From a virus: a stretch of DNA of 64,000 nucleotides. Location: positions 32,001 to 96,000 of IMG/VR virus record IMGVR_UViG_3300027969_000063, one strand, 5' to 3'. A program made the position numbers and the translations under genes. The notes below the pieces were generated by a model. The model saw nothing but the letters and a program-made list of their open reading frames with translations, had not been told where the DNA came from and searched no databases. Of this stretch, positions 46,033 through 58,500 are shown one piece after another (the first letter of the stretch is position 1; each line of letters opens with the position of its first letter).

Positions 46033-46919
46033 TATATGCTACCAAAAGGATTTGTTTCTGAAAAATCAATAATAGAATTAGCAGAATTACTAATATGTTT
46101 ATTATCGTAAGTTTCTGAATAAGTGTTGTCCACTAATGGATCAAACGATGCCAAGACATATTGAGCACCACTTGTTTCACCAACAAGAGTTTCACCATCG
46201 ACAAAGTTTCCGTAGATAGTTGTTACAGCCAGAATGTTGGATGCTGGTACCCAACCTTGAACTGTAGCAGAAGCAATCACAACATCGTTTACTGTTTGTG
46301 TTACCAATTCTTTTTGTAAGAACTTTCCTGTACCTGCACCAGTATTTAAATGTAATGTGTAAGCATTATTAGTAACAACATCATCAATCTCACTAATGCC
46401 AGTAGAAATCTCTTCTTGTGAATACTTGAATTTCTCTAAACTGAGTTCAAAGAAATAAGGTTGTTTTCTACCTAACATATGGAAATCTTTGGCTTGTTCT
46501 GTAAATTTAATTTCAAACAATTCGCCAGTACCATTCAACCAAGGTACATACACCAAATCACCTTCTCTTGGTCTGGTAAAATGGTTATCTGGATTCTGTA
46601 GTACCTTTTCTTCAAAGGCTCTCTTAGAAACAATTACTTTAACGTCATCTTTAATTTCCAAACCAAACTTGGAAAATACATCATGCTGACCAATGTAATC
46701 TGTTGGATCAGAAGATAGATACATCTCAACTGGAAATGAAGTTTTAAATTTCTTAACTGGATCTTCACCGTACAATAGATCACGATCTCCCGAATTGGTA
46801 ATAGGAAGATAGAAAGCATCAAAGCCCATAATCTTGATTGATTCAACAATCAAATCTTCTATGAGTCTTTGTTCGCTATATTTTGAATTGTAATTATTAA
46901 AGTAAACTGAAGTTGCCAT
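46032..46919 (-). CDS. gp14: neck protein (gp14)
   Basis: EQRLIEDLIVESIK, FSKFGLEIKD, RPREGDLVY, DFSETNPFG. Confidence 0.93.
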   Translation of the reverse strand: MATSVYFNNYNSKYSEQRLIEDLIVESIKIMGFDAFYLPITNSGDRDLLYGEDPVKKFKTSFPVEMYLSSDPTDYIGQHDVFSKFGLEIKDDVKVIVSKRAFEEKVLQNPDNHFTRPREGDLVYVPWLNGTGELFEIKFTEQAKDFHMLGRKQPYFFELSLEKFKYSQEEISTGISEIDDVVTNNAYTLHLNTGAGTGKFLQKELVTQTVNDVVIASATVQGWVPASNILAVTTIYGNFVDGETLVGETSGAQYVLASFDPLVDNTYSETYDNKHISNSANSIIDFSETNPFGSI

Positions 46920-46920
46920 A

Positions 46921-47694
46921 TTAATTCATGAACATTTCTAGTGGTGCACCGTATTCGGTTTGCATTTGTGCTTCTAGTGCTTTAATTTCTTCAAATGCTT
47001 CGTCATAAATTTTATCGCCATTAAGTGTTACACCACCTGGCAATTGTAGATTGTTAAACTTTTTAAGGTTGGCTCCCCAACTACGCTTGATAACTGCCGT
47101 GGCATATTCTTTTAACCAACGGTCATTCCATACTTTACCATATACATCAGGATTAATTACGGCATATGCTTCAGCAATTACGATTGTACCAACTGGTGCC
47201 TCAGATGCTCCCCAAGCCCAATCAATATACAATCTTTGCATGTGTCTTTGAAAACGGATTGGTACTTCTCCAGAGAATAACAACTCCAAAGAACGTAGAT
47301 GTTGCATGGTTAATGTATAGTTAATATACGATGCAGAAGTAAAGTCGTAGAGTTCATTTAAACGTAATTGGTATCTTAGGTCAAACATATTGACGGCTGC
47401 ATGAGAATCTTGGACTGGAAATATTCTGGTGATACCAACAATTTCCAATGGATTACCATCAGCGTCTTGTGATTCGGATAAGTCTAGATATTTTTGGTCA
47501 ATTTCGGTTTGACCAACGGCTTTGATATAATATACCTTTTGTAGACCATCAAAATGATAGTCCTGCCAGTATTGTAAAGCGTCATCGATACGGTCTTCCA
47601 CTTGGTCATCATCTATGTTGATATCGATAACGGGAAAACCTAGTCTACGGAGGCAGTAATTTTTAAAGTCCGTTCTATTAGTGATTGTTGCCAT
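46921..47694 (-). CDS. gp13: neck protein (gp13)
   Basis: YCLRRLGFPVIDINIDDDQ, WLKEYATA, LPGGVTLNG. Confidence 0.95.
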   Translation of the reverse strand: MATITNRTDFKNYCLRRLGFPVIDINIDDDQVEDRIDDALQYWQDYHFDGLQKVYYIKAVGQTEIDQKYLDLSESQDADGNPLEIVGITRIFPVQDSHAAVNMFDLRYQLRLNELYDFTSASYINYTLTMQHLRSLELLFSGEVPIRFQRHMQRLYIDWAWGASEAPVGTIVIAEAYAVINPDVYGKVWNDRWLKEYATAVIKRSWGANLKKFNNLQLPGGVTLNGDKIYDEAFEEIKALEAQMQTEYGAPLEMFMN

Positions 47695-47734
47695 GTTATC
47701 CTCAGATATAAGAATTTATTGGATATTTAGGCAT

Positions 47735-48511
47735 TTATTTGGTGTACTCTCCCCACCATGTGGTCCAATCAATGTAAGGGTCCATTTGTGTGTCAAACTG
47801 CATATGTAATGCCACACTTGGTATTGGACTAAACCGTAAAGCATGGTTCTTCCAAACATGACAGATGGTATTGCCTTCGTGAGTATGTTCCTCTGGTGTA
47901 CTATAGTCTGGATTGTATTCCTTAGCCAGTTTTTCAAATTTTGGCCAATGGTCAATGAGTACCTGTGGTCGTAACATGAAAGTATTGGTTGTCCAGATAC
48001 CAGATTTCCAATGTCTTTTTGAACCATGTACCACAAAACATGGTTCCATGTGTGGTGGATAATAATCATCTGGCATATCAAACGGATAAATTACAATTTC
48101 TTGGCCAGATTTATCTTTAAATAACTGATAAGAATCTAACATTTCTACCAAAGAACTATTACAATGTAGGTAATCATCTTCCACAGAATATACTAAATCT
48201 GCTTCTGAATCACGGCAGAATTCAAACTGTTTTAATGCTGAATAGTTATAACCAGGTTCTGCCATGTTATAGATTTCATGTGGCCATTTGGATTTCTCAA
48301 ACAAAGCATAGATACCTTGTTTCAATAAATCGGTACTGTGGTCATCTAGAATTTTAAAATTGACTTCGTGGCTTTCTACCATGTTGGCTGCATTGATGAG
48401 TGATGATAAACAACCTAGAATTAAAGTTGTTTTGTCCATACCACAATATCTCTCACGGTCCAAGTGTACATTACCCAAGTCGTGTGTTCTTAAAATGATT
48501 TCTAGTTTCAT
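47735..48511 (-). CDS. GT-A (GT2-like) glycosyltransferase
   Basis: ILDDHS, VYSVEDDYLH, FSPIPSVALH. Confidence 0.7.
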   Translation of the reverse strand: MKLEIILRTHDLGNVHLDRERYCGMDKTTLILGCLSSLINAANMVESHEVNFKILDDHSTDLLKQGIYALFEKSKWPHEIYNMAEPGYNYSALKQFEFCRDSEADLVYSVEDDYLHCNSSLVEMLDSYQLFKDKSGQEIVIYPFDMPDDYYPPHMEPCFVVHGSKRHWKSGIWTTNTFMLRPQVLIDHWPKFEKLAKEYNPDYSTPEEHTHEGNTICHVWKNHALRFSPIPSVALHMQFDTQMDPYIDWTTWWGEYTK

Positions 48512-49308
48512 GTTATCCTATCCCATAAATCTCTCCACCCTAAGTGAGTGGTTCTTATTGTTGCCGGTTCATTAAATGAAAGATGATACGCTACAGATGG
48601 TATTGGACTAAACACCTTTACATGACCTGTACCTTCTTCATAGTTCTCATATAACTTGTTTATAAACTGATCTTCTGCCGCATCAGGAAAGGTCAAAGCC
48701 AATCCTTTAAATACTTCAAAATTATCTTTAAAGAAACTTTGATGTGCAAATATGGTATTGGCAGTATGGCGAACTTGCCTCCAATACCGAACACCATCAT
48801 ATAGAAGAATAGTAAGATACTCTCTACCTACATCATATCTAAATGCACAATCATAAGGATACAAAGCAATTGGATTTGGATATTTTTGTGTCAAATAATT
48901 ATAAGCAATCAACATACTGTTTAAAGCATTCTCTTCGTGCAAATAATCATCTTCTACCGAATATACCATATCTTCGGACTCAGCACACATCTCAAACTGC
49001 TTAAGTGCTGATTGTTTAAATCCTTTAGTTTCTAAACTGATTAACTCAACTTCTTTACTACACTTACTTAACACTTCTCTTAAATCTACCAAAAAAGATT
49101 CAATACTATTATCATCCAGTACGGTCAATTTAATATCTTCAACGACCACACAGTTATTGATTGCATTTACTAAAGACGTGGCACACTTTAGGACCATACC
49201 TTTCCTGTCGTCACCACATATTCTTGGTAACTGCTGAACTGTTGGTTGATTAGTGCCTTGCTTAGGTACTTCTTTCTCACAAGTCCTTAGTATGACATGA
49301 AGCTTCAT
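48508..49308 (-). CDS. GT-A (GT2-like) glycosyltransferase, paralog
   Basis: VLDDNS, VYSVEDDYLH, FSPIPSVAYH. Confidence 0.7.
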   Translation of the reverse strand: MKLHVILRTCEKEVPKQGTNQPTVQQLPRICGDDRKGMVLKCATSLVNAINNCVVVEDIKLTVLDDNSIESFLVDLREVLSKCSKEVELISLETKGFKQSALKQFEMCAESEDMVYSVEDDYLHEENALNSMLIAYNYLTQKYPNPIALYPYDCAFRYDVGREYLTILLYDGVRYWRQVRHTANTIFAHQSFFKDNFEVFKGLALTFPDAAEDQFINKLYENYEEGTGHVKVFSPIPSVAYHLSFNEPATIRTTHLGWRDLWDRIT

Positions 49309-50726
49309 GCAATAATCAATTCTGGATCACACATGGCATCCAATGGAGGTTCTCCTTTGAATAGTATTGCCACCACTTCACCATCTTCCGATTTAACATG
49401 TGCATCAAAGCCTAAAGAATTTAATATCTGTGTCATAGAATGTTTAGTAAATCCAGTTTTATGTAACATACCTTCACCCCAAGATTCTGTAAACCCACGA
49501 TGACCATAAATCATATCAATGACCGAAACTGGACCAGCAGAGCTTTCATATACAGTATCAAGTAAATTGTTTTCAATCTTATCTGCAATAGAACCAATAT
49601 CTGGTACTCTGATGACGGCAAAGCCACCATCTTTTAATACTCTCAACATACTATTAAAGATTTTTGGTAGGTCATGAAAGTAATTATGTTCTACCACATG
49701 AGAAGCCCAAATGGCATCCACAGATTCATTAGGTATACCTTCAAAATCAATGATAGAAGATTTCATGTGTGCTGTATCATTTTCATAAGCATCAACACGA
49801 ATCTCTTTCCAATCTAAAAAGTATTTTGATTGTGATTCTAGTTTTGTTTTACCACAACCAATGTTAACCACAATTTTTTTATCGGTCGTAAACAGGTCTT
49901 GGTTATCATTTCGTGCAAAACTGGTAACATCATCACCGTGTTTATTCCACCAATCTTCCCACTTAATGTAAGGATCTTTTTCATTCTCACCTTGAAAGTG
50001 CAATGCTAAAGATGGTATTGGTGACATGACCACATACTCTCTTTCTTGCCATAATCTGTTTACCGATTCATCTTCCAGCTTTGGATTATGAGGATGGTCG
50101 TTAACAATCTTCTCGAACAGGTCCCATTCTTTCACCACGACTTCGTGAGTTGTCATGAAGGTACACGGTACCTGATAAGTTTGCCGCCAATGGCGATCTG
50201 GTCCTTGAACGATCCGAACAGGTACCACATTGTGGTCCCAATACCGGTATGGATCATTGTATGGTAACAATGAAAGTGGCTGAGGAAACTTAGGTTGGTA
50301 TTTTTGCCATTGTAATACCATTTGATAAAAACATTCTTCGTCAAAAAGGTAATCATCTTGTGCCTGAAACACCAAATCTTTACCATCATCACGCATACTC
50401 TCATAACACTCACGCAATGATGCCATTAAACCAAAACCTTCAATATGTTTTAGATTGGTTGGAAAGTTAGCCAACGAGAGATTATCTTTTAATATTTGAA
50501 TACCATTCTCATCGGAGTGGTCATCAAATGCATTCAGTTTAAACTTCCAAGTTGGTAATTTCTCTTGAGCATAGTTAATGGATTTAATTAAAGAACGGGT
50601 ACAACGCTTTACGATTTCTGTTTTATCGTTACACCCGTATCTTGTAAATTTAAATCCTTCATATGGTACATAATTATCTTGGCTGTTTGATTTATTATGT
50701 GTTTGTAAAGCAATCAAAAATTCCAT
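49305..50726 (-). CDS. GT-A glycosyltransferase fused to a SAM methyltransferase
   Basis: N-terminal FDDHS/AQDDYL/SPIPSLALH; C-terminal VNIGCG, ASHVVEH, LKDGG. Confidence 0.75.
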   Translation of the reverse strand: MEFLIALQTHNKSNSQDNYVPYEGFKFTRYGCNDKTEIVKRCTRSLIKSINYAQEKLPTWKFKLNAFDDHSDENGIQILKDNLSLANFPTNLKHIEGFGLMASLRECYESMRDDGKDLVFQAQDDYLFDEECFYQMVLQWQKYQPKFPQPLSLLPYNDPYRYWDHNVVPVRIVQGPDRHWRQTYQVPCTFMTTHEVVVKEWDLFEKIVNDHPHNPKLEDESVNRLWQEREYVVMSPIPSLALHFQGENEKDPYIKWEDWWNKHGDDVTSFARNDNQDLFTTDKKIVVNIGCGKTKLESQSKYFLDWKEIRVDAYENDTAHMKSSIIDFEGIPNESVDAIWASHVVEHNYFHDLPKIFNSMLRVLKDGGFAVIRVPDIGSIADKIENNLLDTVYESSAGPVSVIDMIYGHRGFTESWGEGMLHKTGFTKHSMTQILNSLGFDAHVKSEDGEVVAILFKGEPPLDAMCDPELIIA

Positions 50727-50728
50727 TA

Positions 50729-52504
50729 TTAACTCTTCTCAGGTTTAGGTGCTGTTAAGGCTGCCTTCCGTTTATCATCACGGCGTTTAATGGTATCTTT
50801 AAGTTCTTGAATCGTATAACGTGGTGGTTTGTGAACTTGTAACAACATGATAGTTGCTTCTGCCACATTAGATTGAGTATGTAAAGCAAACTGTAATTGC
50901 TCTTCGGTAATTTCCTTATCTTTCAACATTCTCATCCACTCACCAACATAGGTATACTTGACATCACATACATCAATATCAATACCCAATTCAATTGACA
51001 ATGTACTGTCTGAACGACCAATCTCCATGCCATCAATTAAACTCTTTTGATTAAACAAAGCAAATGTTCCAGGAGTTAATGGACGCTTGTGTGTAGGATC
51101 ATCCCAAGCATGGTCTGAACGATGATGTGGGAACTGTACTTCCCATACGGCACCATTCTCTGATACACGATACATTTCTTTAATGATATCTACGATTGAA
51201 TGTGTATCATTACCTAAATGTTCTAGAATATCTTTAGCAACGATGTGCTGGAACTCATCATCTTGAAATGGCCATGGTACTGATTGTAGATCCACGATTT
51301 GATCTGGTTCAACATTCTCTGAAGCATCCACATTAAGAAAGCCATCCATCTTAAAGAAACCACAACCCATGTTCATCTTCTTAGGCTCTTTATCGTGACT
51401 TTCATGTTGAACTGGTTTTAAATTAAATTTCTTTTCAAAATCTTTGTAGAGTTTTTGAAATGTTCCGTTCCATGATTTGGCTTCTTGCTGACGATACAAA
51501 GTAACACAATCATAATAAGGAGATTTGGTACTCTGTGGTGCACCAAATGTCCATGTATGATATGGTAGAATTGGTGTAAGAATCCAAGTTTGTTTACCAA
51601 GTGCAGCAGCCGCATGAGCAATACTGGTACAAGAGGTAATAACAATGTCAAGATTCTCCATTGCAGCCAATGTATCTTCCCAAGAAGTTAATTGATGTTG
51701 TAAATCAATAATGTTCTCTGGCAAATCAATAATGTTTTGGTCACGCTGTAATGAATACAACTGAACTTCATCGTACTTACCAAGTTCTGTTAAGAAACCA
51801 GGAGGGAATCTACGGAACTGTTGATGTTCAAATTTAGGATTACCAGCCCAACGAATACCAACTTTAAGTTTGTCAGATTTAATAATATCTTTCCACTCTT
51901 CAATCTTTTCTGGTAAAGCATGTAGGTATTTTTTACTTGGGAAATTTTTGAATGTATTGCCTGATACCCAGCCTGCTGAGAAACCTGGTACCCAATAATC
52001 ATGAGCAACTAAGTGGCTTTGATTTCGTAGAATAACACCATCACAACCTTCAATACGCTCAAATACCGATACCACTTCTGGTGATGCGGCCAAATAAACT
52101 TTATCTGCACCTAGTTTTTTAAATGATTCTACAAAACGAGAGTGAATAATTTCATCACCAAATCCACCCTCTAAAGAGATGATAATTGATTTACCTTTGA
52201 TATCATCTTTTTCAGGATTAAAAATGGGAGCATTTGTTTTGAGTGGAGGAGAACCATAGACATTAATAAATCGTCCTGATTCCAACATCTGGCAACCTTC
52301 TTGATAATTGCCATCTTGTAACATGAACCAGCCACGATTAAATGTGTGCCGTGTCCACATTTCAGGATTACCAAGTTCACCTTTGGTGTCTGGAATACCT
52401 TCTGGTCCTAGTTTCTGTAACTTATCAGATATTTGGCGAGCTTTAACAAACTCACCTTTTAACATCAACTGCAATTCACTATCAATATCATGCATTGAAT
52501 TCAT
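50729..52504 (-). CDS. GT-B (GT9-like) glycosyltransferase fused to a SAM methyltransferase
   Basis: EGGFGDEI, GIRWAGNP, LDIVITSCTSIAHAAAALGK; C-terminal MNMGCG, KDILEHL, WDDPTH. Confidence 0.75.
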   Translation of the reverse strand: MNSMHDIDSELQLMLKGEFVKARQISDKLQKLGPEGIPDTKGELGNPEMWTRHTFNRGWFMLQDGNYQEGCQMLESGRFINVYGSPPLKTNAPIFNPEKDDIKGKSIIISLEGGFGDEIIHSRFVESFKKLGADKVYLAASPEVVSVFERIEGCDGVILRNQSHLVAHDYWVPGFSAGWVSGNTFKNFPSKKYLHALPEKIEEWKDIIKSDKLKVGIRWAGNPKFEHQQFRRFPPGFLTELGKYDEVQLYSLQRDQNIIDLPENIIDLQHQLTSWEDTLAAMENLDIVITSCTSIAHAAAALGKQTWILTPILPYHTWTFGAPQSTKSPYYDCVTLYRQQEAKSWNGTFQKLYKDFEKKFNLKPVQHESHDKEPKKMNMGCGFFKMDGFLNVDASENVEPDQIVDLQSVPWPFQDDEFQHIVAKDILEHLGNDTHSIVDIIKEMYRVSENGAVWEVQFPHHRSDHAWDDPTHKRPLTPGTFALFNQKSLIDGMEIGRSDSTLSIELGIDIDVCDVKYTYVGEWMRMLKDKEITEEQLQFALHTQSNVAEATIMLLQVHKPPRYTIQELKDTIKRRDDKRKAALTAPKPEKS

Positions 52505-52562
52505 TCAAATCTCCTATAATTAAATCATGTTATACTATTATATATGCTTGTTGTTTTTCGAC

Positions 52563-55500
52563 TTACCTTCTAAAGTTACTTCCAGCACCACCAGAGAATA
52601 GGTTGGCGGTATAACCTGTGGCTAATTGTGCTACTAATACCGGACTAGATCTTGTGACAGTTGATCCATCACCGTACTGACCTACAGCATTATTACCCCA
52701 AGCATACAGGTAACTATTGGTTTCATTATCAGTTGTAATGGCTATCGTGGTATTATTACCTATAGCAACATCAATAATATTTAAATTTGATATGGCTATA
52801 TTTACAATGTCGGGAGTGGACCTACTGGTTGGAACAGTATTAAAACCAAAAGCATTATTGGTATTTGCACCCCATGCATATAAGGAATCAGATAAATTAA
52901 TACCAAAAGCTGTACTAAGTCCAATAGATAAAGATTTCCAACCTAAACCTTTTGAATTTTTAATATTTGATTGATTTATTATGGCAGCTCGATCTGTAAC
53001 ACTGGCAGGACTAACTGTGGTTCCAATACCCATTTGTCCATAAGTATTGTTTCCATAACCATAAGATACATTATTATTATCTAAAAGAAGATAATATTGT
53101 ACACCACCACCGCCACCAGTAACAGCTGTTTTCCATGGCACTCCAGTTGATGCGGAATTTGAAACGATTGATGGTACACCTCCGCCATTTCCCCAATTAA
53201 ACAAACGGCCAGCAATATCAATAGCTACCGAACTATTACCATTACAATTTATAAAAGAAAAAGAAGATCCACTAACAACCGTTACAGGAGTTGATTTAGA
53301 AATTACGGTATTATCACCTATTTGACCACTAGAGTTACCGCCCCATCCAAATAAACGGCCTGTGTTAGTAATAGCATGGCCAGCTGTTACCATTGTCCAT
53401 GAAACTGTGGTAGAACCTTCAGCACCAATTTTAACCGGAGATGATCTATTAATTAAAGTACCGTCACCTAAATCACCACTACTATTATCACCCCATGCAT
53501 ATAAAGCACCAGTTATATCAATAGCAAAATTATTATAAGAACCAGCATATACAGATGACCATGAAGATGTACCAATTTTTACAGGAGAAGATTTATTAAT
53601 AGTTGTACCATCACCGAATGCGCCAAATAGACCAGTTCCCCAAATGTATAAAGCACCCGTAGTATCAATAGCAATAGTGTTGACATATCCAGCACTTACT
53701 GCTGACCATGATTTGGTACCAATTTTTACTGGAGAAGATTTATCAATCGTAGTACCATCACCTAATTGGCCATTAACATTATAACCCCATGTATAAAGAG
53801 CACCTGTAGTATCAATAGCTGCTGAATGTCGATTTATTCCAACACTAAGTATAGTCCAAGAATTGCCAAACAAAAGTTGTGGAACAGTTTGTCTTTCAGT
53901 AAATGTATTACCTGCTATACCGTTACCTAACATTCCATCATTATTGGAACCCCATGTATAAAGAGAACCATCATCACTTATACCACCAGAAGTGGGGCCA
54001 AGAGCGCCACCAGTTCTAAGTAATTTCCAAGATGTAAATGGCTTAGAGTTTGTAATTATTATTGGTTGTGATTTACCAATTGTTGTACCATCACCTAATT
54101 GTCCATATTGGTTATCACCCCAAATATAATTATATCCATTTTTAACTCCTGTAGTATTTTGATAGTGCGCTTTTACTGAAGTCCAAGGATAAACATCAAT
54201 TAATACAGGCGAAGATTTATCAACTATAGTACCGTCACCCAATCGGCCAGAATTATTGGAGCCCCATGCATGCAATTGGCCAGCAGCAGTAAGACCGACT
54301 GTAAAATAGTTACCAACACTCACTATTGACCATGAACTTGTACCAATTTTTACCGGTGTAGATTTACCAATTGTTGTGCCATCGCCTAAATTACCACTTG
54401 AATTAGCGCCCCATGTGTACAGAGCACCAGTAGTAGTAATAGCAGCAGTATGGGAACCATCAGCAGATACCGCTGACCATGAAGAATAACTGTTTAATGC
54501 TTCGTTTATCACAGAAACTAATACTGGTGAAGATTTAGAAACTGTTGAGGTATCACCTAATTGTCCTTGATTATTATAACCCCATACATATGCATTGTTT
54601 GCAGTAGTAATGGCTGCTGTGTTATATTGTGAAGCACTCACGGCTGACCATGAAGAAGAGGAATAACCACTAGTAGTTGTCGAAAGCTGAACAGGTACCG
54701 ATCTACTAGCTGTTGAAAGGCCACCTAAGTTACCATAAGGATTGTAACCCCATAACCATAAAGAACCAAGCGTATCAATAGCAGTAGAAGTAGAATATCC
54801 AGCAGAAACAAAATTAAAAGAAATGTTTGATGTGGTATCATAAGGATAACCTAATACAACAGGAGAACTTGTTAAATTGCTAGGTAATATATTAAAATAA
54901 TTAATACTACCCCAATTCCATAAAAGACCATTAATATCAATCGCTGATACATTTGATGTCATTGAAAATACTTTTGTCCATGAGCTAGTACCAATTTGTA
55001 CTGGTGATGATTTATTGATTGTAGTGCCATCACCTAATTGGCCTTGAGCATTATAACCCCAAACGTATAAAGCACCATTTGTGGCAATACCTGCTGATGT
55101 TGAAAAACCAGATGATATTGCTGACCATGAACTAGAACCAATTTTTATTGGTACTGATCTATTAGATGTTGTACCGTCACCTAAGAAACCTAAGTTATTT
55201 TGGCCCCATGCATACAAAGAACCAGTAGTATCAATACCAAGAACATAACCAGATCCAGCACTTACTGTAGTCCATGAAGAATAAATGGCAGCTGCATTAT
55301 TTCCAATACCAATGAATACTGGTGAAGATTTATTAATTGTGGTACCGTCACCTAAACCACCATAAAGATTATAACCCCATGTATATAAATTACCAGAAGT
55401 GGTAATACCAATAACACCGAAAATATCTGAACCTATGAATGACCATGAGCTTGTACCAATTTGTACAGGTGAGGATTGATTAATTGTTGTACCATCACCT

Positions 55501-58500
55501 AGTTGGCCATAAGTATTACTACCCCATGCAAATAATCGGCCATTAATATCAATAGCTCTGTGACCATCGTATCCTGCAGCTAACTTAGACCATGAACTTG
55601 TACCAATTTTAACGGGTGATGATTTATTAATTGTAGTACCATCACCCAATTCACCATTGCTATTATTGCCCCATGTAAATAAGCTGCCATCTTTTGTAAT
55701 ACCAGCTGTATTAGATGGACCACTTATGGATATGATTGTCCATGAACTCGAACCAATTTTTATTGGAAATGATTGATTAGTTGTATTACCGTTGCCTAAC
55801 TGACCAGTAGAATTAGTACCAGTCATCCATAAACCACCATTAACATCAATTCCTCCTGTGTGGTTGTAACCAAGGCTCACTATTGTAAATGAAGAACCAC
55901 TATTAATTAATACCGGTGAGGATTTAGCAACTATAGTACCGTCACCTAATGCACCATTGGTGTTATTGCCCCATGCATACCAAGCACCAGAAGAGGTAAT
56001 ACCTGCCATGTAACTTACACCTGCAGCCACAAATGCCCATGAAGATGTGCCAATTTGTACAGGTGAAGATTTAGTGACTGTGGTATTATCACCTAATTGG
56101 CCGGCAGTATTTTGACCCCATGTGTATAGACGGCCGTTAATATCAATACCTGCTGAAGCAAGTCCTTTTACGCTTACTCTAGTCCATGAAGAGCTACCAA
56201 TTTTAATTGGTGCTGATTTATTATTTGCAGTATTATCACCTAATTGACCATTAGGATTATAACCCCATGTATATAAAGCACCAGTAGAGGTAATAATTGC
56301 TTGATTATATTGACCAGAAGCTACTTGATTCCAAGAAGAATAATATACTGAAGATGTTTGAATTTTCACCGGCAATACATAAGAAAGATTTAAACCTAAA
56401 TCCGTACCAATTTCTCCAAAACTATTATCTCCCCATGCCCATAAAGCACCAGTAGAATCAATTGCGCTCGTATGATACGAACCAACAGATACAGATGTCC
56501 ATGAAGAACTACCAATTTGTACAGGTGATGATTTGGCAACCAATGTACCATCACCTAAATTACCAAAACCATTAGCTCCCCAAGTAAATAACCGACCATT
56601 AATATCAATTGCTGCAGTGTTATTACCAACACTTACTTTTGTCCATGAGCTAGTACCAATTTGTATTGGTGATGATTTATTAACCGTAGTACCATCGCCT
56701 AATTGTCCATTAGAGCCACTACCCCACGCAAACAATCGACCTACAGTATCAATTGCTGTTACATAAGAAGTGCCTGCAGCTATAGCTAACCATGAAGAAG
56801 AACCAATTTTTACTGGAGAAAATCTAGTAGTTACTGTACCGTCACCTAATTGGCCTTGTTGATTGTCACCCCATGACCACAATGATGAATCTGAATTTTT
56901 AATGGCTAAAAAGAAATTAGCAGGACCTCCAGTAATTTGTTTCCATGCACCTGGTATACTTGGTGTTGTAACTACTGGTGAAGATTTATTAATTGTTGTG
57001 CCATCACCTAATTGTCCAAGAGAATTATCACCCCAAGCATATAATTTTTTAAGCGAATCGCTAGCAATGGTGTGTGCTTGGCCTGCACTTACTGCTGACC
57101 ATGATGAAGTACCAAGTTGTACTGCAGAAAGTTTATCAATCGTGTTACCGTTACCCAATTGACCTGCAGCATTACCACCCCATGTATATAATTTACCACT
57201 AGTGGTGATAGCCGCTGTGTGCGATACGCCAGCAGTTACAACTGTCCATGAAGAATAGACGTTTAATACAGGATCATATGCAGTAACGAATACAGGAGAA
57301 GATTTGGAAGTTGCCGTACCATCGCCTAATTGGCCTGATGTACCAAGACCCCACATGTATGCTGTATTTGCAGTAGTAACCGCAGCAGTATGAGTACCAC
57401 CAGCAGATACAGATGTCCAAGATAAAATTGATGGATTGCTAGTTGGGCCAACTTTAAATGCTGTAGTTTTGTTTATTGTTGTGCCATCACCTAATTGACC
57501 GGTAGCATTACCACCCCAAACATATAACGTGTTTGCAGTAGAAATAGCAGCAGTATGAGAACCACCAGCAGATACGGATGTCCAAGATACAATTGGATTA
57601 GTTGGAGCTAAAACAAATACAGGCGATGATTTGCTAACAACAGTATTATCACCCAATTCACCAGAGGTACCAAGACCCCATGTAAACAGAACACCAGTTG
57701 TTGTGATACCCGCTGTGGTTGAACCGCCTGCACCTATTGATGACCATGAGCTTGTACCAATTTTTACTGGAGAGGATTTATTAACAGTAGTACCATCGCC
57801 TAATATACCACCAGCATTATTACCCCATGTATATAAAGCGCCTGTAGTATCAATAGCGGCTATACTACCATTACCAACGTTTGACACAACTGCAATCCAT
57901 GAACTTGTACCAATTTTTACTGGAGAGGATTTGGCAATTGTAGTACCATCACCCAAGTAACCTGTGTCAGAAGCATTAGCACTCCATGTAAACAAAGATC
58001 CATCAATAGTAATACCTGCACCAGCAGTTACTACTGACCACGAACTAGATCCAATTTTAACAGGAGAAGATTTAGTAACACTTGTGTTATCACCTAATTG
58101 GCCAACATTACCAAAACCCCAAGCATATAAAGCACCAGTAATATCAATAGCCCAAGCATTAAGTGAACCAGCAGCTACTTTTGTCCATGAAGAAGAACCA
58201 ATTTTGACTGGTGAAGATTTAGTAACTGTAGTATTATCACCCAATGCACCAAAACTACCACTACCCCATGTCCATAAAGCACCAGTGGAATCAATCGCAA
58301 CTGCGTGCTGATTTCCAGCAGCTATTGTACTCCATGAATTATTACCAATTTGTACTGGTGAAGATTTAGTAACTGTAGTACCGTCACCTAATTGTCCAAC
58401 GTTGTTGTAACCCCATGCATACAGAGCACCAGCAGTAGTAATACCAAACGCAACTTGAACTCCTGCAGCTACTACTGACCATGATGATGATCCAATTTTT

